Positions 51,331 through 60,375 of a stretch of DNA of 64,000 bases are shown here, piece after piece. The notes under the pieces are model-generated. The model ran no database searches, was not told the DNA's origin, and saw only the letters and a program-made list of their open reading frames with translations. This DNA comes from an uncultured Acidobacteriota bacterium (GTDB taxonomy: Bacteria > Acidobacteriota > Thermoanaerobaculia > UBA5066 > Gp7-AA6). The stretch covers positions 398,784 through 462,783 of the forward strand of contig CAWINF010000003.1 in NCBI GenBank assembly GCA_963837495.1, given 5' to 3'. The translations under genes and the position numbers were made by a program. Within the stretch, counting starts at the first letter, position 1. Every line of letters begins with the position of its first letter.

Positions 51331-51475
51331 GACACGCTGCTCTAATAGTCGCCAACACAGTCGGGTCAGATTATGAAGCAAGAATACAGAATCGCCTTTC
51401 ACTGCATCAGAACGGCTCAGTCCACGAAACACAACTGCTCTTGTCGATAACAACCACAAGACAAAGGAGGCTAGA

Positions 51476-52660
51476 ATGCACCGTATACTTACAGCCGCTT
51501 TCCTTCTTCTATGTTCTACCGGGTTACTCGCGCAGGCGACGACCGAGCAGGCGTCCCGGTCCACCTTTGAGATCCAGGGTTTGAAGGTCAAGACACAGAT
51601 TGATTTCGACGGGGTGGTCCATCGGGCCTTGTATCAGGAGATCGTCCCGTGCCGGTTGGTGGACACTCGCGCGGGCTCGAATTTCGACGCGCCCTACGGC
51701 GGACCGGCGTTTGTCAACGAGACCCGGATATATTCCGTTTCGGGGGTCGGCCCGACCAACCCTTGTGCCATCGGGAACCGCGGCGCGGCAGACCCCGACG
51801 CGCGAACGTTTTCGCAGCCATGGATCGCCCTCAGTGTGATGGTCAAGATCTACAACGCCGAGACGGGCCCGGTCTCCGGCGCCTTCAGGATGCTGGGAGC
51901 CTCGGCGACACCCACGTGGTTTGGCTGGACGGGTGCCGGCGTGCTGGCTGCCCAGCAAGACGCAGTTGTTCTGACCAACGACCAGATTTCAGTTGCTGTT
52001 AACGGCGCGAAGGCCGACGTGACCGTCGATTTGCTCGGCTACTTTGTGGATGACCCGGCCCTTGCCGGCCCGCAGGGGCCCCAGGGTGAGAAAGGGGACA
52101 TTGGAGCCACCGGGCTGCAAGGGCCTGCGGGTCTGGCGGGGCCGCAGGGTGTCAAGGGCGACACGGGCGCGACCGGAACGACCGGGCTGCAAGGGCCTGC
52201 GGGTCCGGCGGGGCCGCAGGGTGTCAAGGGCGACACGGGCGCGATCGGAGCGTCCGGGCCGCAGGGGCCCGAAGGCGCGGCGGGACCGCAGGGTGTGAAG
52301 GGTGATACGGGTGCGGCCGGCGCGCAAGGACCCCAGGGTCTGGCGGGGCCGCAGGGTGTCAAGGGCGACACAGGTGCGGCCGGACCGCAGGGGCCCGAAG
52401 GTCCTGCTGGTCCGCAAGGTGCGAAGGGTGATACCGGAGCAACAGGACCGATTGGGCCGCAGGGGCCGCAAGGTATTCAGGGTCCTCCGGGGCCGCAAGG
52501 CCCTCCCGGCCCCTCTCCGGTCGGGGCCTCTGACTGCACGATACTGGAGCAAATCAAGGGGTGTCTTAGCGACAATGGGGGCTTCGCCAATTTTCGTGAG
52601 TGTACCCTGGCGTTGATTTGTCCGGCACCAGAAGCTCGGATCGTGAAGACGAGAAGTTAA
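51476..52660 (+). CDS. Secreted collagen-like triple-helix repeat protein.
   Basis: RBS AAGGAGG and signal peptide. A ~190-aa N-domain is followed by ~47 uninterrupted GXY triplets ([11 protein letters not shown]...) and a Cys-rich 45-aa C-terminal domain. Confidence 0.8.
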   Translation: MHRILTAAFLLLCSTGLLAQATTEQASRSTFEIQGLKVKTQIDFDGVVHRALYQEIVPCRLVDTRAGSNFDAPYGGPAFVNETRIYSVSGVGPTNPCAIGNRGAADPDARTFSQPWIALSVMVKIYNAETGPVSGAFRMLGASATPTWFGWTGAGVLAAQQDAVVLTNDQISVAVNGAKADVTVDLLGYFVDDPALAGPQGPQGEKGDIGATGLQGPAGLAGPQGVKGDTGATGTTGLQGPAGPAGPQGVKGDTGAIGASGPQGPEGAAGPQGVKGDTGAAGAQGPQGLAGPQGVKGDTGAAGPQGPEGPAGPQGAKGDTGATGPIGPQGPQGIQGPPGPQGPPGPSPVGASDCTILEQIKGCLSDNGGFANFRECTLALICPAPEARIVKTRS

Positions 52661-52686
52661 AGGCCTCGAGGGAAGTGAAGGTGTGA

Positions 52687-52720
52687 GAGGCGGGGAGAGA
52701 TCCCCGCCTCTGCTTTATTC
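52687..52720 (+). terminator. Rho-independent terminator after the collagen-like gene.
   Basis: Hairpin GAGGCGGGGA-GAGA-UCCCCGCCUC followed by UGCUUUAUUC. Confidence 0.7.
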
Positions 52721-53046
52721 GTCAGCAGGACCAGGGCCGACAATGAGTCGTGCGGGAACCGCGCAGAGTTCAGAGACCGCGCGTTGCTTCTCGCGGGTCA
52801 TGACTCAACCGGGCTGAGGGCGTCCGATTTGCTCGATCGTGATTCCCACCCCGGCCAGAAACCAGAGCCAGTCGCCCAGTCCGCCGCCTCCCTCGGCGAA
52901 GAGCACGACGGACGTGACAACGCGAAACGGGGCGTGCGATGCTCTTCCGAAGGGGTCATCTCAGCAGGTTCTTCATGTCACGCTATCCCCTCGTTTAGCG
53001 TCGATCACCCGGCGGAACTGGCGCGCTCGATGCTTGCTGGAAGAGC

Positions 53047-53694
53047 ATGGCACAGCGCGCACCGATCGAAGGCACGGCTCTCCCGCTCATTCCCGAAAGG
53101 CCGACGCTTCACGGGCTGCGGGAGGCGGCCAGGGACTGCCGCGCCTGTCCGCTCTGGAAGCGAGGCATGCAGACTGTCTTCGGAGAGGGAAAGCGGGGCT
53201 CCCTGGTGGTCCTGGTCGGCGAGCAGCCGGGCGACCGCGAAGACATCGAAGGCCGGCCCTTCGTGGGTCCCGCGGGAAGACTCCTCGACGCCTGCCTGGA
53301 GGAGGCCGGCATCGACCGGTCGAAGGCCTACGTCACCAACGTGGTCAAGCATTTCAAGTGGGAGCCGCGCGGCAAGAAGCGGATCCACCAGAAACCCAAC
53401 GCGGTGGAGATCGGCGCCTGCCGCCCCTGGCTCGACGCGGAGCTTTCTCTCATCAAGCCGAAGGTCCTCGTCTGCCTGGGCGCCACAGCCGCTCAGGCTT
53501 TGCTCGGCTCCTCTTTCCGCGTGACGAAGAGCCGCGGCTCCTTCGTGAAGTCGGCTCTCGCGCCCTTCGTGACTGCCACGGTCCACCCCTCCTCGATTCT
53601 TCGGGCGCCGGACGACGCCGCCCGACGCCTGGCGAAAGAGGCCTTCGTCCAGGACCTTCGAAGAGTCGCAAGCAAGATCTTGGAAGCGCAATGA
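53047..53694 (+). CDS. Uracil-DNA glycosylase superfamily protein, UdgX-like.
   Basis: Motif A GEQPGDRED, R-loop KKRIH (compare UdgX KRRIH with its covalent-linking His) and motif B HPSSILR. Fe-S Cys positions are typical of family 4. Confidence 0.75.
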   Translation: MAQRAPIEGTALPLIPERPTLHGLREAARDCRACPLWKRGMQTVFGEGKRGSLVVLVGEQPGDREDIEGRPFVGPAGRLLDACLEEAGIDRSKAYVTNVVKHFKWEPRGKKRIHQKPNAVEIGACRPWLDAELSLIKPKVLVCLGATAAQALLGSSFRVTKSRGSFVKSALAPFVTATVHPSSILRAPDDAARRLAKEAFVQDLRRVASKILEAQ

Positions 53695-53742
53695 AGGAAA
53701 TGGCGGACCACCGAAAGTGGAGAACGGGAAGCCCGGGAATTG

Positions 53743-53766
53743 GGGGGCTACTTGCGCAGCCCCCCC
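53743..53766. terminator. GC hairpin between convergent genes (udgX-like and the secreted hypothetical).
   Basis: Reads GGGGGGCU-ACUUGCGC-AGCCCCCC; only a weak T tract. Confidence 0.45.
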
Positions 53767-53790
53767 TCCGATTTGCGTGGATCGATTCCG

Positions 53791-55080
53791 CTACCTGTGG
53801 ATTTGGATATTGCCCCCGATCAAGGTATGCGGACCATTCGAGTAGGTTGTCGTCTGGATGCCGAAGGTGTCCATAGTCCCGGGCTCGCCGCAGTCGTCAA
53901 CGTCAACCGTGAAAGGCTCCGAGGTTGTGCCGGTCACCCGGATCACGTCGGCCATTCCCTGGAAGGTCGCATGCGTGTTCGGGCCGCAACTCCCATCGCT
54001 GATGAATAGTCCGCTCATGGAAGTCGCTCTTATGCGGACCCCTGCAGAATGGTCGTTGTACTCCAGGTTCCCTGTCGCCGCGCAGCACCGCACCACGAAG
54101 CCGAAGGTGGCCTGCGAGTTCGGATCAGCCGCACTGGCCGTCAGAGCCGGTGGCGAGAGGAGCTCCCCGAGGGAGGAGAAGACGGGATCGCCCGTGATCT
54201 GGCCCCCGCCCGTGACCCTTCCTGGAGTGGATTCCTGGCCGGTCCTGAAGCTGTTGTCGATGGCAAGGCCGTCAAACTCGTTCTGAACGAACCAGCCGTA
54301 GCGGTTACCGCCCACGGTCGTCCCGATGACGTCGGAGGGATCGCTTAGAACCCACGTGCCGAGCGGGGTGTTCGAGCCCGTCGGCGCAACCGTCAAGGTG
54401 ACGGTGAGGGGGCCCCCAGGCATCCCGCTGAAGGCGTGCTTGAAGGTGTACCAGCCCGACATCGAGATTTGGACCGGGGAATGGCCCGGGTCGGCCGGGT
54501 TCGCTCCGCAGCGTGTCGCGTTGTTGCCGCCTGTCATCACGAACCCGAGCGCGTCCGTTCCCACGTTGAACACGAAGTCGCGCCTGAAGTTCCCGGAGGT
54601 GTCGCTGATCGCCGAAGACCAGTCGAAACGGGTGTCCGGGTGAGCGATCGCGTAGGGCACATCGAGGTAGATGTCGACCCCGGTCGAGTATCCGCCCGGC
54701 GGGAAGGTCGCGCTGTAGCCTCCCCATTTTGTGTACGGTCCCTCGTGGATCGGTTGGGGTCCTCCGCCGGACATGCAGGTATCGGGACTGGGGTCTTTCC
54801 CCAGCCGGGCGTAGTAGTCGCCCGTGGCTGCCGCCACCCCATTCGCATAGGTGCTTGTTGACCCCGATGGGACTCGGGTGATCGTGGCCCCGCTGTTGTT
54901 GAACCACCCCGCGGTGTCCGTCTCGAAACCATTGAAATAAGGCCCTGGCGGCGCATCGGCGGCGGCCGTCGCGCCCACAGCGAACAGGATGGCGAAGACT
55001 GCGAAGAGCCGGGGGGCATAGCGCTTCGCTCTCGTTCTCCGGTTCGCATTGGGCGTGACAGCCGCTGCCCTGACCTCCAT
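53791..55080 (-). CDS. Secreted hypothetical protein (~430 aa), Gly/Thr/Ser-rich.
   Basis: Likely start ATG 55080 gives a signal peptide (RLFAVFAILFAVGATAAA). No recognisable catalytic motif. Alternative upstream start at 55143. Confidence 0.6.
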   Translation of the reverse strand: MEVRAAAVTPNANRRTRAKRYAPRLFAVFAILFAVGATAAADAPPGPYFNGFETDTAGWFNNSGATITRVPSGSTSTYANGVAAATGDYYARLGKDPSPDTCMSGGGPQPIHEGPYTKWGGYSATFPPGGYSTGVDIYLDVPYAIAHPDTRFDWSSAISDTSGNFRRDFVFNVGTDALGFVMTGGNNATRCGANPADPGHSPVQISMSGWYTFKHAFSGMPGGPLTVTLTVAPTGSNTPLGTWVLSDPSDVIGTTVGGNRYGWFVQNEFDGLAIDNSFRTGQESTPGRVTGGGQITGDPVFSSLGELLSPPALTASAADPNSQATFGFVVRCCAATGNLEYNDHSAGVRIRATSMSGLFISDGSCGPNTHATFQGMADVIRVTGTTSEPFTVDVDDCGEPGTMDTFGIQTTTYSNGPHTLIGGNIQIHR

Positions 55081-55277
55081 TCCGGATGCGCCGGCTATTT
55101 CGCGCCGAGCTCCGCGTTCGTGGAATTGCAGAAACCGTTTCATGAGAAACCTCCTTTCAAGCCGTCCCGAAGGTAGGGGCCGGCAGAGGGCGGAGGCAAT
55201 GAGGGGAATCCCTCATTTTAAGGACCCGCGATTCCTCAATCCTGACGAGGGCCGAGACTCTGGTGATCGAAGGAGTT

Positions 55278-55303
55278 GGTGGGTCGCGTGTGACTCGAAC
55301 CCC
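55278..55303 (-). repeat. 26-nt direct repeat of the tRNA-Lys 3' end (att-like remnant).
   Basis: tggtgggtcgcgtgtgactcgaaccc matches tggtgggccgcgtgggactcgaaccc at 60264-60289 with 2 mismatches over 26 nt, in the same orientation. Confidence 0.65.
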
Positions 55304-55600
55304 AACCGACGAGACCGAAGAATGACTTCCGCGATTTCGCACGAATCTCGGATTCGCGTTCTTATCCCTTTTCACCCCTGAACTCGCAACGCTTCGAGCA
55401 CACCCGAAGCCTCTTCGCCGAGGCGTCGGCTCGTCTGCCCGAATCGGGGCCCGGCGGCAGTCAGGGCCGTTCGCGACGCTGCCGCCTCTGAGTCGAGTTG
55501 GGCAACCGGGGGAAGCGAAGCCCCTTCGCCCACAAGCAGAGAGCCCGGAGAATAAGGCGAGAGGGAGGAAACTCCCTCTCGCCTCCAAAGAGCGCGCTTA

Positions 55601-57838
55601 TTACTTGTGAGCCTGATGATTCCCGAACGTTAGATTGGTGACAACAACATCCAAGACCACGTTGCCATCGGCATCTGTGATGGTGTATCTGGCAGTGTCG
55701 TTTGTACCCGGCTCTCCCGCATCGGTAAAGGTCCACGTCGCCGTGGCGCCAGGCACGCCATTGTACCTGCCGGTGCCGACACCTATGTAGGTATCAAAGG
55801 GCGCGGCAGGTGGCGGCGGCGCTATGGCCGGATCGTCGAAGCAAGCAGCCGACACCAGATCAGTCATGTGGAACCTGTTGCCCGCCCAGTTGATCTCAAG
55901 GCTGTTGGGGTGTTTGCTGGCATTACAATGCAGCTCAAATCCATGCGTCACTCTGACGCCGTCAGTAGTGAACACACTGCCTCCACCGGTCATCCGGCCG
56001 CTCGCCGGCGTTGGCGTATTGGTCGGCGTATTCGTCGGGGTATTCGTGGGAGTGTTGGTCGGAGTGTTGGTCGGCGTATTCGTCGGGGTGGGGGTGTTGG
56101 TCGGCGTGTTGGTCGGGGTGTTCGTCGGGGTGGGGGTGTTGGTCGGCGTGTTGGTCGGGGTGTTCGTCGGGGTGTTGGTCGGCGTGTTGGTCGGGGTGTT
56201 GGTCGGGGTGTTCGTCGGCGTGTTGGTCGGCGTGTTGGTCGGCGTGTTGGTCGGCGTATTCGTCGGGGTGTTGGTCGGCGTGTTCGTCGGCGTATTCGTC
56301 GGCGTATTCGTCGGCGTGTTGGTGTTGGTCGGGGTGTTCGTCGGAGTGTCGGTGGGGGTGTTGGTCGGCGTGTTCGTCGGGGTGTTGGTCGGCGTGTTGG
56401 TCGGAGTGTTCGTCGGCGTATTCGTCGGCGTGTTGGTGGGGGTTGGAGTGTTTGTCGGAGTATTTGTCGGCGTATTGGTCGGCGTATTGGTCGGCGTGGG
56501 CGTGCAGGCCAGAACCAGAACCGTGTTCGTGGTGCTGGCCGACACCGGAAGCGGGATACCCCCGCCATTCGTGTCCGTGCCGGTGGCCGCGACTTGATCG
56601 GTGAAGAGAGTGGTCCCGCCCGGATCGCAGGAAGGCGCCGTCTCGTCTATATTGCCACCGCAGGTATCCCCCGGCGTGCCAAGAGGCTGGAGAACAGTCA
56701 CAGGAGTGCCGGCGGGGAATTCGCAGGGGATGGGCACGGGACCGCCGCCAGGAAATGGAACCTCGTTCGTAATGGCAAGGTTGATGACCGTGTTGACCGG
56801 GTCCTGGTTCTGGACCGTGTAGGAGCAAGAGAACGAGGCGCCCGGCGGCTCGACGGAGGGACAGGTCTTGGTTATCCCCAGACCGGTCGTGACATTAACG
56901 GCGTCAATCCCGGCCTTGCCCTTGGTCAGCGTGGTGGTCGTCCGCGACGTGTGGGTGGCCTGACTCGACGACATGCCCGTGGGGCAAGGCGTCAGAGCGC
57001 CCGTGGCGCTGAAGGTCCCCGTGAAATTGGAGTTTCCCTCGCCGCCCGCGCCGCCGGTCAGGAAGGCTTCGAAGCTCGCCGGCTTGCCGGCGAAACCATC
57101 CTGCCCGTCCGCTCCCGTGTTGTTCGCCGCCCTGAGATTGGCGCCCTGGCTCTGCTCCTCGTCCACGGGCTTGACGGCGAGCGCGTTGTAGTCGTTGCCG
57201 AATGAGGTGTAGACCGCGGAGGCCCACTGCCACTTCGCGGTTACCCCGGGCGTGTCGGTGGAAAAGGCCGCCGACCAGGTAACCGAACCGATGCCCCCGG
57301 GCAGACCCCCGGCGGGAACCGGGAAAGCAAGCCCGGAGAGAAAAGCCCTCCCCGAGAGACCGCCGGGGACGATCGTGACCCAGCGATTGTTCGCGGCATC
57401 GAAGCCCGTCGAAGCGACCGTCGCCGCCGGGTCGATGACGACCGTGGCGGCCGGAACGGCCAGGCTGTAGCTCTTGCCGTTGGCGACGAACGAAATCGTC
57501 GAATCATTCAGGAAAATACTCGCCGGCTGGGCCGCGAGTCCATCGACTCGCAGAGCGCTGTTGAACCAGATGACGTTGCCCTCGGCGATCGAAGTCGCGT
57601 TGAAGCCCGATTCGATCGAACTCAACGCCGTGCACGATCTCTCCATCTGGGGGGTGGAGGGCACCGGGGTACCCCTCTGGGGAGAGCTGCCTCTCGCCAG
57701 AGACACCAGCGCGATACCCAGGCACAAGACTCCCAGGCCCGACCAGATGCGCCACCTTCTGCGCGCTCCGGCGGAACTTGCCCAGGCATCGAACCAGGAA
57801 AAACGCGACCCTACGCGACGGCGACGCCCTGAGTCCAT
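55601..57838 (-). CDS. Large secreted protein with an extensive (TPTN)n tetrapeptide-repeat linker.
   Basis: 745 aa with an Arg-rich N-terminus and TM/signal region. The central ~165 aa are TPTNTPTN... encoded by a 12-bp tandem repeat. Flanking domains are Gly/Thr-rich with Cys pairs. Confidence 0.7.
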   Translation of the reverse strand: MDSGRRRRVGSRFSWFDAWASSAGARRRWRIWSGLGVLCLGIALVSLARGSSPQRGTPVPSTPQMERSCTALSSIESGFNATSIAEGNVIWFNSALRVDGLAAQPASIFLNDSTISFVANGKSYSLAVPAATVVIDPAATVASTGFDAANNRWVTIVPGGLSGRAFLSGLAFPVPAGGLPGGIGSVTWSAAFSTDTPGVTAKWQWASAVYTSFGNDYNALAVKPVDEEQSQGANLRAANNTGADGQDGFAGKPASFEAFLTGGAGGEGNSNFTGTFSATGALTPCPTGMSSSQATHTSRTTTTLTKGKAGIDAVNVTTGLGITKTCPSVEPPGASFSCSYTVQNQDPVNTVINLAITNEVPFPGGGPVPIPCEFPAGTPVTVLQPLGTPGDTCGGNIDETAPSCDPGGTTLFTDQVAATGTDTNGGGIPLPVSASTTNTVLVLACTPTPTNTPTNTPTNTPTNTPTPTNTPTNTPTNTPTNTPTNTPTNTPTNTPTDTPTNTPTNTNTPTNTPTNTPTNTPTNTPTNTPTNTPTNTPTNTPTNTPTNTPTNTPTNTPTNTPTNTPTNTPTPTNTPTNTPTNTPTPTNTPTNTPTNTPTNTPTNTPTNTPTPASGRMTGGGSVFTTDGVRVTHGFELHCNASKHPNSLEINWAGNRFHMTDLVSAACFDDPAIAPPPPAAPFDTYIGVGTGRYNGVPGATATWTFTDAGEPGTNDTARYTITDADGNVVLDVVVTNLTFGNHQAHK
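56008..56500. repeat. 12-bp tandem repeat (about 40 units of GTTGGTCGGCGT and variants) encoding (TPTN)n.
   Basis: Direct reading of gttggtcggcgtattggtcggcgtattcgtcgggg... throughout. Confidence 0.9.
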
Positions 57839-58175
57839 AGTCTCCTCCTAGTGCGCGGAGAATATCCGCTGGAAGATGCAAGAGTCAAACTAGACTAAAG
57901 TCGTAGAAGGTGTGGGGAGCAGCTCCAGGATCCAGGCGTTTCGCGAAGGCCGGACTTTTCAGGAAGTCGTCGCTCAGGCTCTCGAGGAGTACCTCCGTAA
58001 GGCAAGAAGGGAAGGCGAACGCCGATGAGAGGCAAAGGCCTCATCCACCGCCCGAATGACTGTAAGGTCTTTATGCTCCTCCGCTTGACGATCTCGTGCG
58101 GTCGAACGCTCAGGCCGCGCGCCAGGCCCGCCGGCGCCGACACGCTCGCAAACCACTCCTGAAACCATTCCTCTT

Positions 58176-59975
58176 CTATCTGAACCCCACGAGGCGTGGG
58201 CGCCGCGGTTGTAGATCGAACGTCACGTACGTTGGCCCGTCTTCGTTCTTCACCACGATCGAGCCGCTCGAGATGTCGATGCTCGTACCGAGCATGCTCG
58301 TCGCGCGCTTCGCATTCACGAGCGTCACCGGAACCCTTCCCTGTGGCATGCTCGACCAGAGCACGACAACAACATCCCTCGGTCCGTCGAGCCGCATCGC
58401 ATGCAGGCTCGTCGGTTCGAGATCGAGGAAACCCTTGAAGACACGCCCTCCGGCGACGTCGCCGAGGGTGCGCACGCTGACGGCAGCGGGTTTGTCCGTG
58501 TAGTCGTTCGCGATCAATCCGTAGTTGTGCTCGGCGTTTGTCGGATCGGTTCCGTCGTCGCGAAGGTCGTAGACGACTGCGAGAGGGAAGCCGAGTGCCC
58601 AGGCGGAAAGGATCTCGCGCACGACGAACGTCGCCTGCGTGGCTCGCGCGGTCGGTGCGTGGCCGTCGCCGCCGAACGACGTCGATGAGTAGCCCCACTC
58701 GGTATCCCAGACCGCGGGCGCGCCGGGGAGGGCGCCGGCGATCGATCGCAGCAGCAGCGTCTCGTCGGTGATCGTCTCGCCGCCGCTCAGGCGATAGGGG
58801 TGCACGCCAATCGCGTCCGCGCCGTCCGCGCCGCCGCCAGCGAGATACCCGCGCACGAACGCGAAGTCGTATCCGGAGACGCCGGTCGTCGAGACTTTCG
58901 CCGACGGATCCCCCGCGTGCACCGCCGCGATCGTGGCGTTCGCGAGCGCGGCGTAGTCCGAAGGGCTCGGCGGTGACATCCAGAAGTATTCCAGGTTCGC
59001 CTCGTTCCAGATCTCGAAGGTGACCCCCTTGCCCGCGAAGTGCGCCGCCGCCGCCTTCGCGTACGCGGCGAACGCGGGGACGGTGGTGGAGACGAACGCG
59101 GCGTCGCCCGTCGGGGGGTAGAGCCGGTTTGTGTAGTCGAGGATGAGGTGCAGCGTCATACCGCGTGCGGCGAGTGAGGCGACGAGCGCGTCGTAGTTCG
59201 AAAAATTGTATATGCCCTTCGTCGACTCGACTGCGCTCCACGCGAAGTCCATGCGCACGCGGGAGAAGCCCATCCCCTTCGCGGCGTCGAGCCCGGCGTC
59301 GTCGCGCGTGAAGTGGATGTTCACGGCGAGGTGGCTCGCGAGGTCGGCCCTTGCCGGCGCCCCGGCGATCATCGGCGTCGTCGAGAGATCGATCGCCGCG
59401 CCGACGGCGCCGATCGCCGCCACCTCGTCGAAGTCGACCGCGCCGACAACCCCTTTCTCCAGCGGGTTCGCGGCCAGAATCGTCACCTGGGTGATCGGGC
59501 CGTGCAGCACGCCGTCATCCGCGCCGCCGAAGTGAACGTCGGGGGCGTCGAGCTCGACGACCTGTCGAAACCACGCGCCGGGATCATCGGCGCCGAAGGG
59601 GCGAGCGAGACCGTATTGGAGCACCTGCACTGTCGAATCGACGACTCGCAGCCACGCATGGATACCCGCAGGCGCCTTGACCCAGAAGGCGACCTCGGCC
59701 GCGTTGACCGGCGTGGGGAGCTTCAACGTCGCGGCGACGTACGCACCGCCGCCGGAAAAATCGTACGCGAGGTGCGCGCCGCTGCCGCTGTGCCCCGTCC
59801 CCCTGGTGAGCGATCCCGTCGCTCCGGGGAACTCGGATCCGTTGGAGAAGATCCACGGCTCCGGCGCTCGCGCGCCCTCGAAGTCGTCCAGCCTCGCCTC
59901 CTGTGCGTGCCCGCGCGAAGGCGTCGCAAAAACGACCGCACCGAAGAGTATGGCGATGCCGAGGTGCTTGCGCAT
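58176..59975 (-). CDS. Secreted clan GH-A glycoside hydrolase (GH5/GH39-like) with an N-terminal beta-sandwich (CBM-like) domain.
   Basis: Signal peptide and acid/base motif FEIWNEANL. A (beta/alpha)8 pattern follows the N-terminal domain. Confidence 0.75.
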   Translation of the reverse strand: MRKHLGIAILFGAVVFATPSRGHAQEARLDDFEGARAPEPWIFSNGSEFPGATGSLTRGTGHSGSGAHLAYDFSGGGAYVAATLKLPTPVNAAEVAFWVKAPAGIHAWLRVVDSTVQVLQYGLARPFGADDPGAWFRQVVELDAPDVHFGGADDGVLHGPITQVTILAANPLEKGVVGAVDFDEVAAIGAVGAAIDLSTTPMIAGAPARADLASHLAVNIHFTRDDAGLDAAKGMGFSRVRMDFAWSAVESTKGIYNFSNYDALVASLAARGMTLHLILDYTNRLYPPTGDAAFVSTTVPAFAAYAKAAAAHFAGKGVTFEIWNEANLEYFWMSPPSPSDYAALANATIAAVHAGDPSAKVSTTGVSGYDFAFVRGYLAGGGADGADAIGVHPYRLSGGETITDETLLLRSIAGALPGAPAVWDTEWGYSSTSFGGDGHAPTARATQATFVVREILSAWALGFPLAVVYDLRDDGTDPTNAEHNYGLIANDYTDKPAAVSVRTLGDVAGGRVFKGFLDLEPTSLHAMRLDGPRDVVVVLWSSMPQGRVPVTLVNAKRATSMLGTSIDISSGSIVVKNEDGPTYVTFDLQPRRPRLVGFR

Positions 59976-59977
59976 GA

Positions 59978-60166
59978 GATCAAGCGGTCTTCCTCTCGCC
60001 CTCGAGCGCTTCGAGCAGGCGCTCGGTGAGCTCGCTCGCGGTGCAAGGCTTCTGGAGGAAGCCCGCGAGGAGCAAACGGCGCAAGTCCGGATCGTCGTCG
60101 ACGACGAAGATCGTGCCGCTCAGAGCTGCGAACGAATCCTTCAGATCGGTCCCGCTCACGACATTG
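59978..60166 (-). pseudogene. Remnant of a response-regulator receiver domain (internally deleted).
   Basis: Reads ...TIFVVDDDPDLRRLLLAGFLQKPCTASELTERLLEALEGERKTA. The N-terminal DDD motif joins directly to the C-terminal KPF-like helix, with the middle of the domain missing. It abuts tRNA-Lys. Confidence 0.4.
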
Positions 60167-60263
60167 TCTCTGATTGCTAGGGTATCAGAGGGCCTCGCCG
60201 CCGCTTCCGGCTGCGGACGAAACCACTAGAAACTTCGAGGACGGATCCTGCTGCTGAGGAAAA

Positions 60264-60340
60264 TGGTGGGCCGCGTGGGACTCGAACCCACGACCACCGG
60301 CTTAAAAGGCCGATGCTCTAACCAACTGAGCTAGCGGCCC
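60264..60340 (-). tRNA. tRNA-Lys(UUU).
   Basis: Minus strand GGGCCGCTAGCTCAGTTGGTTAGAGCATCGGCCTTTTAAGCCGGTGGTCGTGGGTTCGAGTCCCACGCGGCCCACCA; anticodon loop CTTTTAA, encoded CCA. Confidence 0.9.
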
Positions 60341-60375
60341 GGGCTGGCGAAGAAGTATACGCGTCGAGTCGACTC

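Noticed and set aside
52661-53046. Protein-coding gene in the 385-bp spacer before udgX
   Set aside because: The only ORFs (52784-53524 and 52839-53876) overlap udgX out of frame with atypical composition. The region is better explained as terminator plus promoter space.
55260-55340. Intact tRNA gene at the 55.3-kb repeat
   Set aside because: A T-arm and acceptor 3' strand are present, but no complementary acceptor 5' strand or D-arm can be found upstream. It is interpreted as an att-site remnant and not a tRNA.
55868-57205. 445-aa plus-strand Arg/Gly-rich ORF, and the ORFs at 55824-56597 and 56011-56604
   Set aside because: These are antisense or alternative-frame translations of the 12-bp (TPTN)n tandem repeat. 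They are pure low-complexity artefacts.
57895-59241. 448-aa minus-strand ORF overlapping the GH-A gene
   Set aside because: It lies in a different frame from the well-supported glycosidase gene (signal peptide, NEA motif) and has Arg-rich composition.
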